Origin: an uncultured Latescibacterota bacterium
GTDB taxonomy: Bacteria; Latescibacterota; UBA2968
DNA length: 64,000 nt
NCBI GenBank assembly: GCA_958295785.1
Contig: OY282377.1
Span: forward strand, 3,328,385 to 3,392,384
Direction: 5' to 3'
Below, piece by piece: positions 18,528 to 28,871 of this stretch (its first letter is position 1; each line of letters begins with the position of its first letter). The notes below the pieces were generated by a model. That model did not search any database. It had not been told where the DNA came from and was given only the letters and a program-made list of their open reading frames with translations. The position numbers and the translations under genes are program-made.

Positions 18528-18754
18528 GACATCCTCCTATCGGAAAGATACAGATCGATTTCTCAAACGCGGCTCAATGTAATGAGACGCACTTTTGCGA
18601 ACAAGCCAAAAACCATCCCATAAGCCCTTGACATTTGGCGGAAAGAGGCGAAAAAAAAGATGGGAACGAGAGAAACAGAAGAGCTTGAGCTTCTGTGCTC
18701 ACCTCAACTACCAAACGGTTCGCAGTCCGTTGCCCCATTCTGTCCCCATCACCC

Positions 18755-18889
18755 GTAGGGACAGGCCCCTGTGCCCGACCAAATAGCCATCAGTTCCCTG
18801 CCTCCATCAGTCGTAGGGACAGGCCCCCGTGCCTGTCCTCGCACCCAGCGGTTACACCCAGCGGGCGAGCACGGGGGCATCGCCCCTAC
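18755..18889. repeat. Cluster of GTAG-type REP palindromes
   Basis: GTAGGGACAGGCCCC(C/T)GTGCCTGTCC-like units. Related copies at ~23578, 25598, 25706, 34729, 35502, 40370, 55140 and 57116. Confidence 0.8.
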
Positions 18890-18913
18890 GTTTCCATCCT
18901 CGTATCTTACCTC

Positions 18914-20395
18914 TTAACTTCCATAAGCCCGTGCGAAAAGCAGAAAATCGCCCATTCCCACTTGCCCGTCCAGATCCAAATCAAAACGGGCGAATACCGT
19001 GGCGTATTCGCCCACCACTTTTCCGAAGGCATTGGCAAACAGGAGAAAATCTTCAAAACCCACTGTCCCGTTGCCATCAAAATCGGCACTGCGGGAGGTG
19101 CTCGCCTTGAGAAAAAGCTGCCGAACCGATTTGAAGACCGCGTCATCGGGCACTTTGGGCAAGGCATAAGTCACCACGCCCTCGCAAAAGCCTTGCCGCC
19201 GTTGCACCAGTGCCATTTTCACCTTGTCGCGGATGCGCTCGGGCGCGGCCGGTTCTCCGTTCCGTTTGACAAACTGCGGCCGGTTCGCCGCGATCATCAC
19301 CACCAATGGCAGGCGATACGCGCCCGCGCCCCGATAGGCCGGCGCGAAGTTCGCGCTCCAGTGTCCTTGAACCACCTGCTGCCACTCTCCCTCTGCGACC
19401 AAGCCCGCCACGACGGGTTCTTGGACTTCCACAGTGACGGGAAAGTTGGATACGCGCTTGCGGTCATAGACCCGAATGGTCAGGGTGACCTGTGATTTTT
19501 CCCCCACCCAAGGCGCGAGGGGCAGATCGACTGTTTGCCATATTCGTTCGCCGCCGGCCACGTCTTCTTCCCACACCACTTGGTCATCTATGAGCACCTG
19601 CTTGAAGTGGTAGCCCGCTGTTGGCCCCTCATAGCTGTCTTGTTGCGCCGTGCGAAGGACGTATTGCGCGGCATTGGACAGCACGCGAAACCGACGTTGA
19701 AGGCTGACGTGATCGCCCACTGCGGAGCGGGTGTACGCGGGATGGGAAAATTGCCATCTCGCGGGCGCGTCCAAGCGGTCATTTAACAACAGCCATGCCC
19801 GTTGCACGGTTTGCGCGGTTTTGGGATAGGCCGCCACCACGCCATCAATGGCCTCGCCATAGCCATCTATAAATTCCCGGTTTAACTCGCGGTAATACAT
19901 CAGGGGCCAGAACTCGAGATCGGGATTGACGGCCCGGGCCCGATGGCGCATGTCCAATACGTAATCCGGGGTGTACACATTGCGATTCGCCCAAAAGTCG
20001 TCGATCACAAATGCCTTCAAATTGGCATGGTCAATTGACAACCGCGCGATCTCTTCTGCCCAGCGCGGATAATCCAAGCGAAACGGCTCGGAATACCGCG
20101 TCCCGTAAATCGGCGGGCTTTCCGATGGCGGCACCAGATAAACCCATGTGTCGATCCCCGCGTCGCGCGCTACGGGCAAAAACCGCTTGAGATCGTCCCA
20201 ATCGGTTGCTCTGTGCCAGATCAAAAAAAAGTAGGTGTTGACGCGCAGTTCAGACAAGCGGCGCACCAGCACGGGCACATCCACGCGGTCGTCGGCCCCT
20301 CTCACCTCTGCATTGTAATCGGCCAGCACGGGCGGCGATTGGGCCAGCGCGGCCCTCGCGCTGAATATGAGCAGGAATCCGATAGCGAAACGCAT
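18914..20395 (-). CDS. Secreted protein: putative glycoside-hydrolase-like domain with C-terminal dockerin/EF-hand pair
   Basis: Signal peptide; two DFDGNGTVGFEDFLLF-type calcium-binding repeats at the C-terminus. Confidence 0.65.
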   Translation of the reverse strand: MRFAIGFLLIFSARAALAQSPPVLADYNAEVRGADDRVDVPVLVRRLSELRVNTYFFLIWHRATDWDDLKRFLPVARDAGIDTWVYLVPPSESPPIYGTRYSEPFRLDYPRWAEEIARLSIDHANLKAFVIDDFWANRNVYTPDYVLDMRHRARAVNPDLEFWPLMYYRELNREFIDGYGEAIDGVVAAYPKTAQTVQRAWLLLNDRLDAPARWQFSHPAYTRSAVGDHVSLQRRFRVLSNAAQYVLRTAQQDSYEGPTAGYHFKQVLIDDQVVWEEDVAGGERIWQTVDLPLAPWVGEKSQVTLTIRVYDRKRVSNFPVTVEVQEPVVAGLVAEGEWQQVVQGHWSANFAPAYRGAGAYRLPLVVMIAANRPQFVKRNGEPAAPERIRDKVKMALVQRRQGFCEGVVTYALPKVPDDAVFKSVRQLFLKASTSRSADFDGNGTVGFEDFLLFANAFGKVVGEYATVFARFDLDLDGQVGMGDFLLFARAYGS

Positions 20396-20633
20396 GATGG
20401 CGACCTCGGGCGAGTATCCGCTAATGAACGCAAATGAAAAGAAAAGATAAAAGGCGACAAGTGAGGAGTGAGAGGGCCAAAACCACTGCAAACGACTGAC
20501 GCGCCACTCGAGGCAGTCATATCATTTTTGTGGCTTATTACTCTGAGATGTACCTATATTAAGACCGCGCAACTTCAAAATAAAAAGAAAATCTGTGGCT
20601 CGCTTCAAGTGAGAATTTAACGATCAAAACGCT

Positions 20634-22616
20634 ATGGCTCTTCTCCAAACCCCATCTTTCACCTCTGAGGATGTCCAACACAAAGCGGCGCGCATCACGC
20701 CTCGCAGCATTGTTTTCGGGCTGGCGATCTCTTGTCTGGCAAGCGCGTGGGTGACGTATTCTCGCACGGCTGCCAACACGTCCGCCGTCAACATCACCCA
20801 CCTGCCCGTCGCCATCTTTGCCATCTTCCTCTGCGTTTTTACGGTCAATACCCTCTGGAAAATGCGGTTCGGCAGACCGGGCTTGGCGCCTCGAGAACTG
20901 GCTGTCATCTTTGCCATGGGCCTGATCGGCGCCCTCATTCCCGCGCGCGGTCTCACCGGCATCTGGCTGGGGCTGATGGCCGCGCCCTATTATTTGGCGA
21001 CGCCGGAAAACGGGTGGATCGACAATGTCCAACCCTATCTCTCGCCCTATCTCTTTCCGCCCAATGACCATCTCCAGACCACATTTCTCTACGAGGGCTT
21101 GCCCTCTGGCGTGCCCATTCCGTGGGAAGTTTGGATCGGGCCGATTTTTTGGTGGATCACTTTTATTTTGGCCGGCTTTGTCGCGTGCTTCTGCATCGTG
21201 GTCATTCTCCGCAAGCAATGGGTTGAAAGCGAACGCTTGGACTATCCCCTGCTCGCGCCGGTGCTCGAAATGGTCGGGCGCGATTCCTCGGCGCAAAGCG
21301 GTTGGCCGACCCTGTTTCGGGGCTACCTCTTTTGGATCGGTTTTGGCCTGGCGTTTGGCATCATCGGCTGGAACATCATCACCTATTTTTATACGACGGT
21401 TCCCCGCATCAGCATGAGCCCCAATGCCGGGCTTTTTTATTTTGCGCGCCTCTTCCCGCCGCTGTTGACGCATATCAATACTTATACCATCGGCTTTGGC
21501 TATTTTGTCAACCTCGAAATTCTCTTTTCAATCTGGTTCTTCCACTTTCTGCTGATGGGCGAAATCGCGCTGATCCGCAAAACCGGCTTTCAGTTTGGGC
21601 GCATGCACCAAAAAGGCGGCGGATGGGGCGATCCCCTGGTGCAGTGGCAATGCATGGGCGCGCTGTTCGTGTTCGTCGGATGGGGGCTTTGGACAGCGCG
21701 CCGCCACCTGAAGGCGGTCTTTCGGAAAGCGTGGACAAACGACCCCGATGTGGAAGACGCGGATGAACTTCTGTCCTATCGCACCGCGGTGATCGGCCTG
21801 ATTCTCGGTCTCATTTATATCATCGCATGGCTTCTGAAGGCGGGGGTCGCGCTGGGTCTTTTGGCGATCACCATACCGGCTGCCATTGTCATCTACATTG
21901 CCCTGGCGCGCTTTGTGTGCGAATCCGGCACTCTGTACTTGGGCATCCCCACAACGCCGCTCAATGTGGGCTTTCAACTCATTGGCACCGTCACCATCGA
22001 TCCCAGAACCATCGCCGTGGGATCGACCGCCCACGCGCTGCGCTGGATGCTGTTTATGCCCGCGTTGTCGCAGAACGCCAAAGTTTTCGACCAAGTGCCC
22101 GGCAATAAACGCACGCTCTTTTGGGTGCTGCTTTTGGGCTTGCTCGGCGCGCTTGTGGTCAACATTTCGATGGTGCTCTACTTGGGCTACACGCACGGGG
22201 CGTACAATTTTACGGAATACCCCTTTACCCGGTACGCGCCCCGCCTCTACGACGCCATTGTCACCAAAATCAAATCGCCCGAACCGGCTTCATGGGAGCG
22301 GATGGTGCTGTTCGCCTTTGGGGGCCTGGTTTTTGCCATACTCACGGCCCTGCGCTATCGCCTCCCCTGGTGGCCGATTCACCCCGTGGGCTTTATCATC
22401 ACCACCACGAGCATTCTCCACGAAATCACCTCGCTCATCATCGTCTGGCTGTTCAAAGCCATCGTCATTCGAGTGGGCGGTGTCTCCCTCTACCAGAAAT
22501 ATCGCCCGCTCTTTTTCGGCATCATCGCCGGCAGGGCCACGGGCGTGCTCGTCTCGTTTGTCGTCGATCTGATCTGGTTTCCCGGCGGGGGCCACGGCGT
22601 CCACGGTTGGGCGTGA
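20634..22616 (+). CDS. DUF6785/DUF6784-type polytopic membrane protein (putative transporter)
   Basis: Many TM helices; motifs LRKQWVESERLDYP and WWPIHPVG. Confidence 0.75.
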   Translation: MALLQTPSFTSEDVQHKAARITPRSIVFGLAISCLASAWVTYSRTAANTSAVNITHLPVAIFAIFLCVFTVNTLWKMRFGRPGLAPRELAVIFAMGLIGALIPARGLTGIWLGLMAAPYYLATPENGWIDNVQPYLSPYLFPPNDHLQTTFLYEGLPSGVPIPWEVWIGPIFWWITFILAGFVACFCIVVILRKQWVESERLDYPLLAPVLEMVGRDSSAQSGWPTLFRGYLFWIGFGLAFGIIGWNIITYFYTTVPRISMSPNAGLFYFARLFPPLLTHINTYTIGFGYFVNLEILFSIWFFHFLLMGEIALIRKTGFQFGRMHQKGGGWGDPLVQWQCMGALFVFVGWGLWTARRHLKAVFRKAWTNDPDVEDADELLSYRTAVIGLILGLIYIIAWLLKAGVALGLLAITIPAAIVIYIALARFVCESGTLYLGIPTTPLNVGFQLIGTVTIDPRTIAVGSTAHALRWMLFMPALSQNAKVFDQVPGNKRTLFWVLLLGLLGALVVNISMVLYLGYTHGAYNFTEYPFTRYAPRLYDAIVTKIKSPEPASWERMVLFAFGGLVFAILTALRYRLPWWPIHPVGFIITTTSILHEITSLIIVWLFKAIVIRVGGVSLYQKYRPLFFGIIAGRATGVLVSFVVDLIWFPGGGHGVHGWA

Positions 22617-22732
22617 CGAATGGACGAAAAGGCAAGACGCGAGATGATCGCCCATCCACTCTGCACTTCGGCCCGCCCTTACGCGCTCATCCCTTGGCTT
22701 TTGTGCCTTTTGTGGCGAAACGCGCTTTTCAC

Positions 22733-23464
22733 CTACACATAATCTTCTGCATTATCCACGGGATCGTAGCCAATTTCTTCGCGTGCATTTTGAATATCCC
22801 AATACGCCCGTGCGTTGCCCGAGATGCCGTAGTAAATCGCAAAATCAATTTTCTCAGGTGCGTCAATGCTTCGCCAAGTCAATTGCACGGTGTCTTTGTA
22901 ACTCAGCCAGGTCGATAAAATGCGGTCGCCGTTTCGATTGCGGACAGAGGAAACCGGTTGAAAGGATCCGATGCGGTGGCAGATCACGGACAGGCCGTAT
23001 TCATCGACATAATATCGCCCCAAGGCTTCGCCATAAGCTTTGCTCGCGCCGTAATAACTGTCGGGGCGCACGGGCATTTCCCATGTCGTGTAAATGGGGC
23101 CTTTTTTTTCGTACATGCCGGTGACGTGGTTGGTGCTGGCAAAAATCACCCGCTTCACTCCCTCGCGCTTGCACGCTTCGTAAATATTGTGCGTGCCGAT
23201 GATATTGGCCGCGACGGTTTCTTCAAATGTCGCGCCACCCGACGGATTACCCGCCATGTGGACCACGGCATCCATCCCATCCACAGCCTCTTCCATCTTT
23301 TCCAAATCCGCGATGTTTGCGACCCTCACTTCCTCGTCGTACTTCTGATCCAGAACGGTGCGGTGATACAGCACCCGCAACTGATACCGGTCGTGCAAAC
23401 CATCTGTGAGCACTTTGCCAATTCGCCCGGCAGCACCGGTAATCAACACCTTCTTTTTTTTCAC
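22733..23464 (-). CDS. NAD-dependent epimerase/dehydratase (uronate dehydrogenase-like)
   Basis: TGAAGRIG, ASTNH, YGASK and RIGS motifs. Confidence 0.88.
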   Translation of the reverse strand: MKKKKVLITGAAGRIGKVLTDGLHDRYQLRVLYHRTVLDQKYDEEVRVANIADLEKMEEAVDGMDAVVHMAGNPSGGATFEETVAANIIGTHNIYEACKREGVKRVIFASTNHVTGMYEKKGPIYTTWEMPVRPDSYYGASKAYGEALGRYYVDEYGLSVICHRIGSFQPVSSVRNRNGDRILSTWLSYKDTVQLTWRSIDAPEKIDFAIYYGISGNARAYWDIQNAREEIGYDPVDNAEDYV

Positions 23465-23649
23465 ACCATCTCCCTTGAAAAAAGTGTTTCACATCAAATA
23501 AACATCTACGCGACAAAACGCATAGATACAGCCTATACCCATTTGATTTCAAGTTGACCCCCGACCACGGCTTCAGACAGGCACAGGGACGCCGCCTCTA
23601 CGATAGCAGGTCTCAATGAGGAAAGGGGAGGGGGCATAGTTCGTTTTAA

Positions 23650-23761
23650 GAAGCCCTAACATAAAGAAATCAAGCGTCTGAAACAGATGAGTGAACACCC
23701 GCAGGTACGCCTCAAAGGCGGCCTCTCACAAATCCATGGCAACGCTTTTTGTTAGGGACTC
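23650..23761 (+). mobile_element. 112-bp MITE (family A, copy 1)
   Basis: TIRs GAAGCCCTAACATAAAG / CTTTTTGTTAGGGACTC, flanked by TAA on both sides. Confidence 0.85.
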
Positions 23762-23779
23762 TAAGACCGTTTCTAAGCA

Positions 23780-25501
23780 TCAGATCGCATCCTCGCGTGT
23801 GAGTTCGCGGGGGGCGACCATCAGGGTTTTTTCATTGCGAATGGTGACCAAGCCCGGGCGCGCGCCTCGGGGTTTTTGCACATAGCGCACTTCCGTGTGG
23901 TTGACCGGCACGCTTTTGGCCCCTCGCGCTTTGCTCCAGTACGCCGCAAGCGCGGCGGCTTCTTTCAGGGTCTTGCGAGAGGGGCGGTCGGCTCGGCCAT
24001 CGCGCTTGAGGATAACGTGGGATCCCGGGCACCCGTGGACGTGCAAAAAGATGTCGTCTCGCGCCGAGCTTTTGGTCAACCGGTCGTTTTCCGCGTTGTT
24101 CCGCCCCACCAGCACGCGCCAGCCGTCTCGCGTGCGATACCGCCTGGGGTGAATGTCGCCGGGCTGGCGTTTGGACTTGGAGGGCGATCTTTTCTTTTGT
24201 TTTTTGATCAAGCGCACGGCTTCCAATTCTCGGCGCATGGCGTCGAGTTCATCTTCCGATTGGATGGCGCAGAGGTGGTCGATATAACGCTGGAGGTCGT
24301 CCTTCTCCTGTTGCGCGACCTCGAGGCGTTTGCCGAGGATGGGCGCGCCTTTTCGCGCTTTTCGCGCCCGCTTGAGATAGTCGCTGGCATTTTCCGAAGG
24401 CGTGCGCCGCGGGTTGAGGGGAATGACCACGTCCGCGTTGGCAGGGTCAAACAGATCCGGCAGGGTTATGGATTCGACATGGAGGGGGATTTGCGCGAGG
24501 TGGCACATCAGCAAATTGCCCATTTTTTTGTACTGATCTGCGCGGCCCGCATCGGCTATATCTGCGCGGATGCGCGCGATTTTTCGCTCTGTGGTGGTCA
24601 GGCGATTTCGCAGGTCTTTTTCCAAATTTTTCTGTTGCCCTTTGCGCGCTTCTGCCCGCACTTCTCTCGCGGCAACATCCGCGATAGCTCGGCTCAAGGT
24701 TGGATATGTCTGTTCGGGCTGTGTGTGCCGAAGGGATAGGGCGCATACCACACTGCGATTGTCGTTGTCGCCTACGCGCGTTCCCCCGTCGCAAAATGGC
24801 GGCTTTTGAAAAAAGGCGCGGATGGTTTGGGCAAACGCGGCGAGCGCGTCGGGCGAGCGCGGGCGTTTTTCCATCAGGCCAGCGAGGTGGAGCAATTCGC
24901 GGGCGGATACCGGATCGAGCCCGGCGATGTGTTGGGTCAGCGCGTTGGCGCGGGCATCTTCAGGACAGTCGGTCAAAAAGGCCAGCGATTGTGCGGTCAA
25001 AATTTCGGGCGGGATGCGGGCGAGCGCGGGCGGCGGCTGATAGGTTTTTCCCGGGTATATGGCCCGCACGCGGTTTTGGCGCGAGCGAATGGATCGGAGC
25101 GATCCCAAAATTTTATCCGTCGCGCTATGGACGAGAATGACATTGGCATATCGCCCGATCAATTCCACGACAAGGCGGCAATCCGTGGACGTGCCAATGC
25201 GGTCGCGTTTGCGCGCGACGAGATGCACAATGCGTTCGTGGGCAATGTGTTCAATGCCGATAATCCCCCCACCGCGCAAGTAGCGATCCGCCCAGGGCAA
25301 GCGCGTGCGCCGCGCAGGCGGTTGGGCAAACACCACGCAACTCCTGTTCGGATGCGCGGAAAGCAAGAGATGACCGGCATCGCCCAGGTTCAAATACAGA
25401 TCGCGTTGATCCACCAAAAAGACATCGCGGATGAGACGATGGTCAATTTGCGGTCGCAGTTCATCGCACAATCTGCGAAGTGTGAGCGGGCTGAGATTCA
25501 T
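23780..25501 (-). CDS. rqcH: NFACT/RqcH (FbpA-like) ribosome quality-control protein
   Basis: LVVELIGRYANVIL, GRNNAEND, FLHVHGCPGSHV and KPRGARPG motifs. Confidence 0.88.
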   Translation of the reverse strand: MNLSPLTLRRLCDELRPQIDHRLIRDVFLVDQRDLYLNLGDAGHLLLSAHPNRSCVVFAQPPARRTRLPWADRYLRGGGIIGIEHIAHERIVHLVARKRDRIGTSTDCRLVVELIGRYANVILVHSATDKILGSLRSIRSRQNRVRAIYPGKTYQPPPALARIPPEILTAQSLAFLTDCPEDARANALTQHIAGLDPVSARELLHLAGLMEKRPRSPDALAAFAQTIRAFFQKPPFCDGGTRVGDNDNRSVVCALSLRHTQPEQTYPTLSRAIADVAAREVRAEARKGQQKNLEKDLRNRLTTTERKIARIRADIADAGRADQYKKMGNLLMCHLAQIPLHVESITLPDLFDPANADVVIPLNPRRTPSENASDYLKRARKARKGAPILGKRLEVAQQEKDDLQRYIDHLCAIQSEDELDAMRRELEAVRLIKKQKKRSPSKSKRQPGDIHPRRYRTRDGWRVLVGRNNAENDRLTKSSARDDIFLHVHGCPGSHVILKRDGRADRPSRKTLKEAAALAAYWSKARGAKSVPVNHTEVRYVQKPRGARPGLVTIRNEKTLMVAPRELTREDAI

Positions 25502-25524
25502 AAGCGGTCAGGAAACCAAGCGGT

Positions 25525-25765
25525 TAGCAATCAGCAGTCAGCAATCAGCAGTCAGCAAAACAAGCGATCAGTTGTCAGTCCGTCCGGCCCCATCTCCGTA
25601 GGGACAGGCCCCCGTGCCTGTCCTTGCACCCAGTAGCGCGGCGGGGGCTGAAAGCTGATGGCTGATTTTCAGCGATCAGTCGTCAGTCCGCCCGGCCCCA
25701 TCTCCGTAGGGACAGGCCCCCGTGCCTGTCTTTGCACCCAGCAGAGCGGCGGGGGCTGAAAGCTA
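25525..25765. repeat. Heptamer (AGCAATC/AGCAGTC, GCTGAAA) runs plus a locally duplicated REP unit
   Basis: ~25564-25655 is repeated at ~25672-25763. Confidence 0.75.
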
Positions 25766-25910
25766 TTTTCCCCAAACCGCAAAAGTGTACCAATAAACGA
25801 AAAAAATGAAAAGTAAAACATAAAAAATCAACCGCGCTATTCCATTTCCATTTTTCACCAGAACGGGAAACACCTATTGACATCACCGCAAACCGCTGTA
25901 AATTCATCTC

Positions 25911-26435
25911 ATACCAATTTGATTTTTATTTGTCCGTATCCTGCCTCCCATCAGGGAGGGATGAGAAATGAGGAACAGATATTTTCCGTAGAGATCATGC
26001 GTTGCTCGTCTCAAGCGTTTGGTTCTGCCTCTTTGTGGATTGCCTTCGATGCGTTGGCTACGCCTGTGCCTACGGCGTGCGGCGTCAAACGCTCAAATTA
26101 TTCGCGTTTTCATACTTGTTTTCAACAGCAAAAAAAGTAGGCGAGCGGGGTACAACTGCCCCAGCAGTTCAAAAATGCCGCTCTCAAACGCCGAGGGGCT
26201 GGCACAGCGCAAAACGCTTTTGTAATAGCACGACATGCGCTGGCCTGCCAAGTGGGTTGCAAGAGGGAGGTTGGTTGCGAGACGGCCTTGCGCGCTGTGC
26301 GCGATGGCTTTATCCGATGGTCTTTTGGGATGGCCTGGTTGCAATGGCTTCTTTGAATGACTGCGTAAGGTCAAGGGGATCGCTTGCTGGCAACATAGCG
26401 CATTACATGAGGACAACAGCTATTCAATTTGGTAT
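25911..26435 (+). mobile_element. ~525-bp non-autonomous element (family B, copy 1)
   Basis: TIRs ATACCAATTTGA / TCAATTTGGTAT; direct repeat AAATTCATCTC at 25900-25910 and 26436-26446. Confidence 0.8.
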
Positions 26436-26507
26436 AAATTCATCTCAAACGCATTTCATTCCCATTCCAATGGGACAGACGCTATCGCCAGAAAGGGAGG
26501 CACCGCC

Positions 26508-26682
26508 ATGAAGGACCTGTCTATACATCCTGATGCTTGCAACACTCCTCGTTTCGTGTTCTGATTCTGGAGAAGAAGCATTAGCACCTGTGAAAATCGG
26601 TGACAAGTATGGGTATATCAACAAGGCCGGCGAGATCGTTATCAAACCGCAATTTGATGATGCTGGATATTTTTCAAAGTGA
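26508..26682 (+). pseudogene. Remnant of a WG-repeat lipoprotein
   Basis: A frameshift right after the ATG, then LLVSC lipobox and KIGDKYGYINKAGEIVIKPQFDDA, then a stop. Confidence 0.6.
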
Positions 26683-26771
26683 TCTTTGTGGTCAAGATAA
26701 AAAAAAGCCCCATCTGAAATCGCTTGTGCGACCTCGGATGGGGCGTTGTTTTGATGGCGAATGCAGCCGCT

Positions 26772-27032
26772 TCAACTGTCCTGTCCAATCATTCGCTGGT
26801 ATTCGTCATGATGACCGATCCAAACCCAGATGAAATCTTCACCGTCTTCTACGGCAAGTGCTCTGTGGGCAATACCAAGGCGAATGGACCAAAATCTGCC
26901 AATTTTCTTGAAATGCAAAGAAGGGTGCCTTGGATTCGCTTTGAGCAATAGAAAATTCCGTCTCGCCACCTTTTGGACAGCTTCGGGAAGTTTCTCAAAG
27001 TCTCTCCAAAAGTGTGTTGTTGTCCGATGTAT
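26772..27032 (-). CDS. RelE/ParE-like toxin (start codon unclear)
   Basis: HRTTTHFW...LLKANPRHPSLHFKK...WIGHHDEY. The frame extends up to the antitoxin stop without a clear start codon. Confidence 0.7.
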   Translation of the reverse strand: MHRTTTHFWRDFEKLPEAVQKVARRNFLLLKANPRHPSLHFKKIGRFWSIRLGIAHRALAVEDGEDFIWVWIGHHDEYQRMIGQDS

Positions 27033-27235
27033 TAAAGTGCCTTGAGCATTCCCTGTTCTTTTTCTTTTTTGGCCTCGGCAATTAAAAAATCCAACTTGCC
27101 CGATTTTGAGTCCGCCTCGATCTGCCTGTCCCAGTTTTCCCAGTCTTTTTCACTGAACCATTGCCTCAATGCGACGTAATCCGTTTCGGACAGGGCTTCA
27201 ATCGCCGCCTTAATGGCTTCTACATTTGCCGCCAT
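27032..27235 (-). CDS. Cognate antitoxin
   Basis: WDRQIEADSKSGKLDFL motif; RBS aaggagg. Confidence 0.75.
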   Translation of the reverse strand: MAANVEAIKAAIEALSETDYVALRQWFSEKDWENWDRQIEADSKSGKLDFLIAEAKKEKEQGMLKAL

Positions 27236-27325
27236 CTCCACCTCCTTATGATGGCTTGACAGTTTGGAGTCATACTGGTATTGTTTAGAGACTTACTCCC
27301 TAACCCCTTCCAACTTGGAGCTTTT

Positions 27326-28861
27326 ATGTCGAAAAAACAACCTTTTTCCCCTGTGGATTTGCAAAAAGACCTCAAGGATTTCCTCGAGCAAAAATACGGG
27401 AATCAGGTGGTCGTGCAACAGGGAGAACCCGCCGGGATGCGGGAAGGCCCGCGCGTGGAAGAACCCGCAGAGGAGACCATTGATTTTGACCTCAAACCCG
27501 AAGAATTAGAGGCGTATTTAGACGAGTATGTGGTCGAGCAGGGCGAGGCAAAAGAAGTGTTGGCAACCAAGATCTGCACGCACTACAACCGCATGAAGCT
27601 CGACCGCGAGGACCCGGAGTTTTCGCGCAAAAACGTGGGGCAGATCAAAAACAATATTCTCCTGATCGGGCCTACGGGCGTGGGCAAAACGTATTTGATC
27701 AAGTTGATTGCCCAACGCATTGGCGTGCCATTTGTCAAGGGCGATGCGACCAAATTCAGCGAAACGGGATATGTGGGCGGCGATGTCGAAGACCTCATTC
27801 GGGAACTGGTGCGCGAAGCCGATGGCAGCATTGCAAAGGCGCAATACGGCATTGTGTACATCGACGAAATCGACAAAATCGCGTCGGCCTCAAATCTGGC
27901 CGGCCCGGATGTATCGCGCACCGGCGTTCAGCGCAACTTGCTCAAGTTGATGGAAGAAACCGAGGTCGATCTCAAGGCGCCGCACGACCTCACGTCGCAG
28001 ATGGAATCGATGATGCAATTTCAGCGCAGCGGCAAAGTGGAGCGTCAAAAAATCAACACGCGCAATATCTTGTTTATCGTCAGCGGTGCGTTCAGCGACC
28101 TCGAAGATATCGTGCGAAAGCGGCTCAATTTGGGCAAAGTCGGGTTTCAATCCGGGCGCGACATATCCCATGAACAGGAACGGGATCGGACCACGCTTTT
28201 GCAGGAGGTCAAAACAGAAGACCTGATCGAATACGGGTTTGAATCCGAGTTTGTGGGGCGGTTGCCGGTTATGGCGATTTTGACGCCCCTGAGCGTTGAG
28301 AATCTCTACGCGATTTTGAAAAGCCCGACGAGTTCGGTGATCGTGGGCAAGAAACGCGATTTCAAAGCCTACGGTATCGATCTGACCTTTGACGATGCCG
28401 CGCTCGGGTTGTTGGCCGAACAAGCCGCTTTGGAACAAACGGGGGCGCGAAGCCTGGTCAGCGTTTGTGAACGCGCCTTGCTCAAATTTGAAAAATCGTT
28501 GCCATCCACGGATATCGCCGCGTTTCGCGTCACGCCAAATGTGATCGAATCCCCCGAGCACGCGCTTCAGCAATTGCTGGTCTCGCGGGGCACGGGCGCG
28601 TTTGTCGAGCAATTTCGGGGCACCTATGGCATCGCGCTCGCCTTTGACAATGAGGCACTTGGGGAACTCGCCGATAAGGCCGCCAACGAACATCGCACCG
28701 TTGACGAGGTCTGTCAGGCATTGTTCGACGATTACGGGCACGGGCTGAAATTGTTGGGGCACGCATCTTTTGAAATCACCGCAGAAGCCGTGCGCCAGCC
28801 CAAAGCCTTTCTCAATGGTTTGGTCAAGGCGTTCTATCAAGCGGATAGGGCACAAAAATAA
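27326..28861 (+). CDS. ClpX-like AAA+ ATPase
   Basis: GPTGVGKT, DATKFSETGYVG, IDEIDK, GVQRNLLKL and EFVGRLP motifs; no N-terminal Cys4 zinc domain. Confidence 0.88.
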   Translation: MSKKQPFSPVDLQKDLKDFLEQKYGNQVVVQQGEPAGMREGPRVEEPAEETIDFDLKPEELEAYLDEYVVEQGEAKEVLATKICTHYNRMKLDREDPEFSRKNVGQIKNNILLIGPTGVGKTYLIKLIAQRIGVPFVKGDATKFSETGYVGGDVEDLIRELVREADGSIAKAQYGIVYIDEIDKIASASNLAGPDVSRTGVQRNLLKLMEETEVDLKAPHDLTSQMESMMQFQRSGKVERQKINTRNILFIVSGAFSDLEDIVRKRLNLGKVGFQSGRDISHEQERDRTTLLQEVKTEDLIEYGFESEFVGRLPVMAILTPLSVENLYAILKSPTSSVIVGKKRDFKAYGIDLTFDDAALGLLAEQAALEQTGARSLVSVCERALLKFEKSLPSTDIAAFRVTPNVIESPEHALQQLLVSRGTGAFVEQFRGTYGIALAFDNEALGELADKAANEHRTVDEVCQALFDDYGHGLKLLGHASFEITAEAVRQPKAFLNGLVKAFYQADRAQK

Positions 28862-28871
28862 ACCTTACCCT

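Noticed and set aside
26002..26511. ORFs inside family-B elements (also 35541-35978)
   Set aside because: Frames are not preserved between the two copies and no domain is recognisable.
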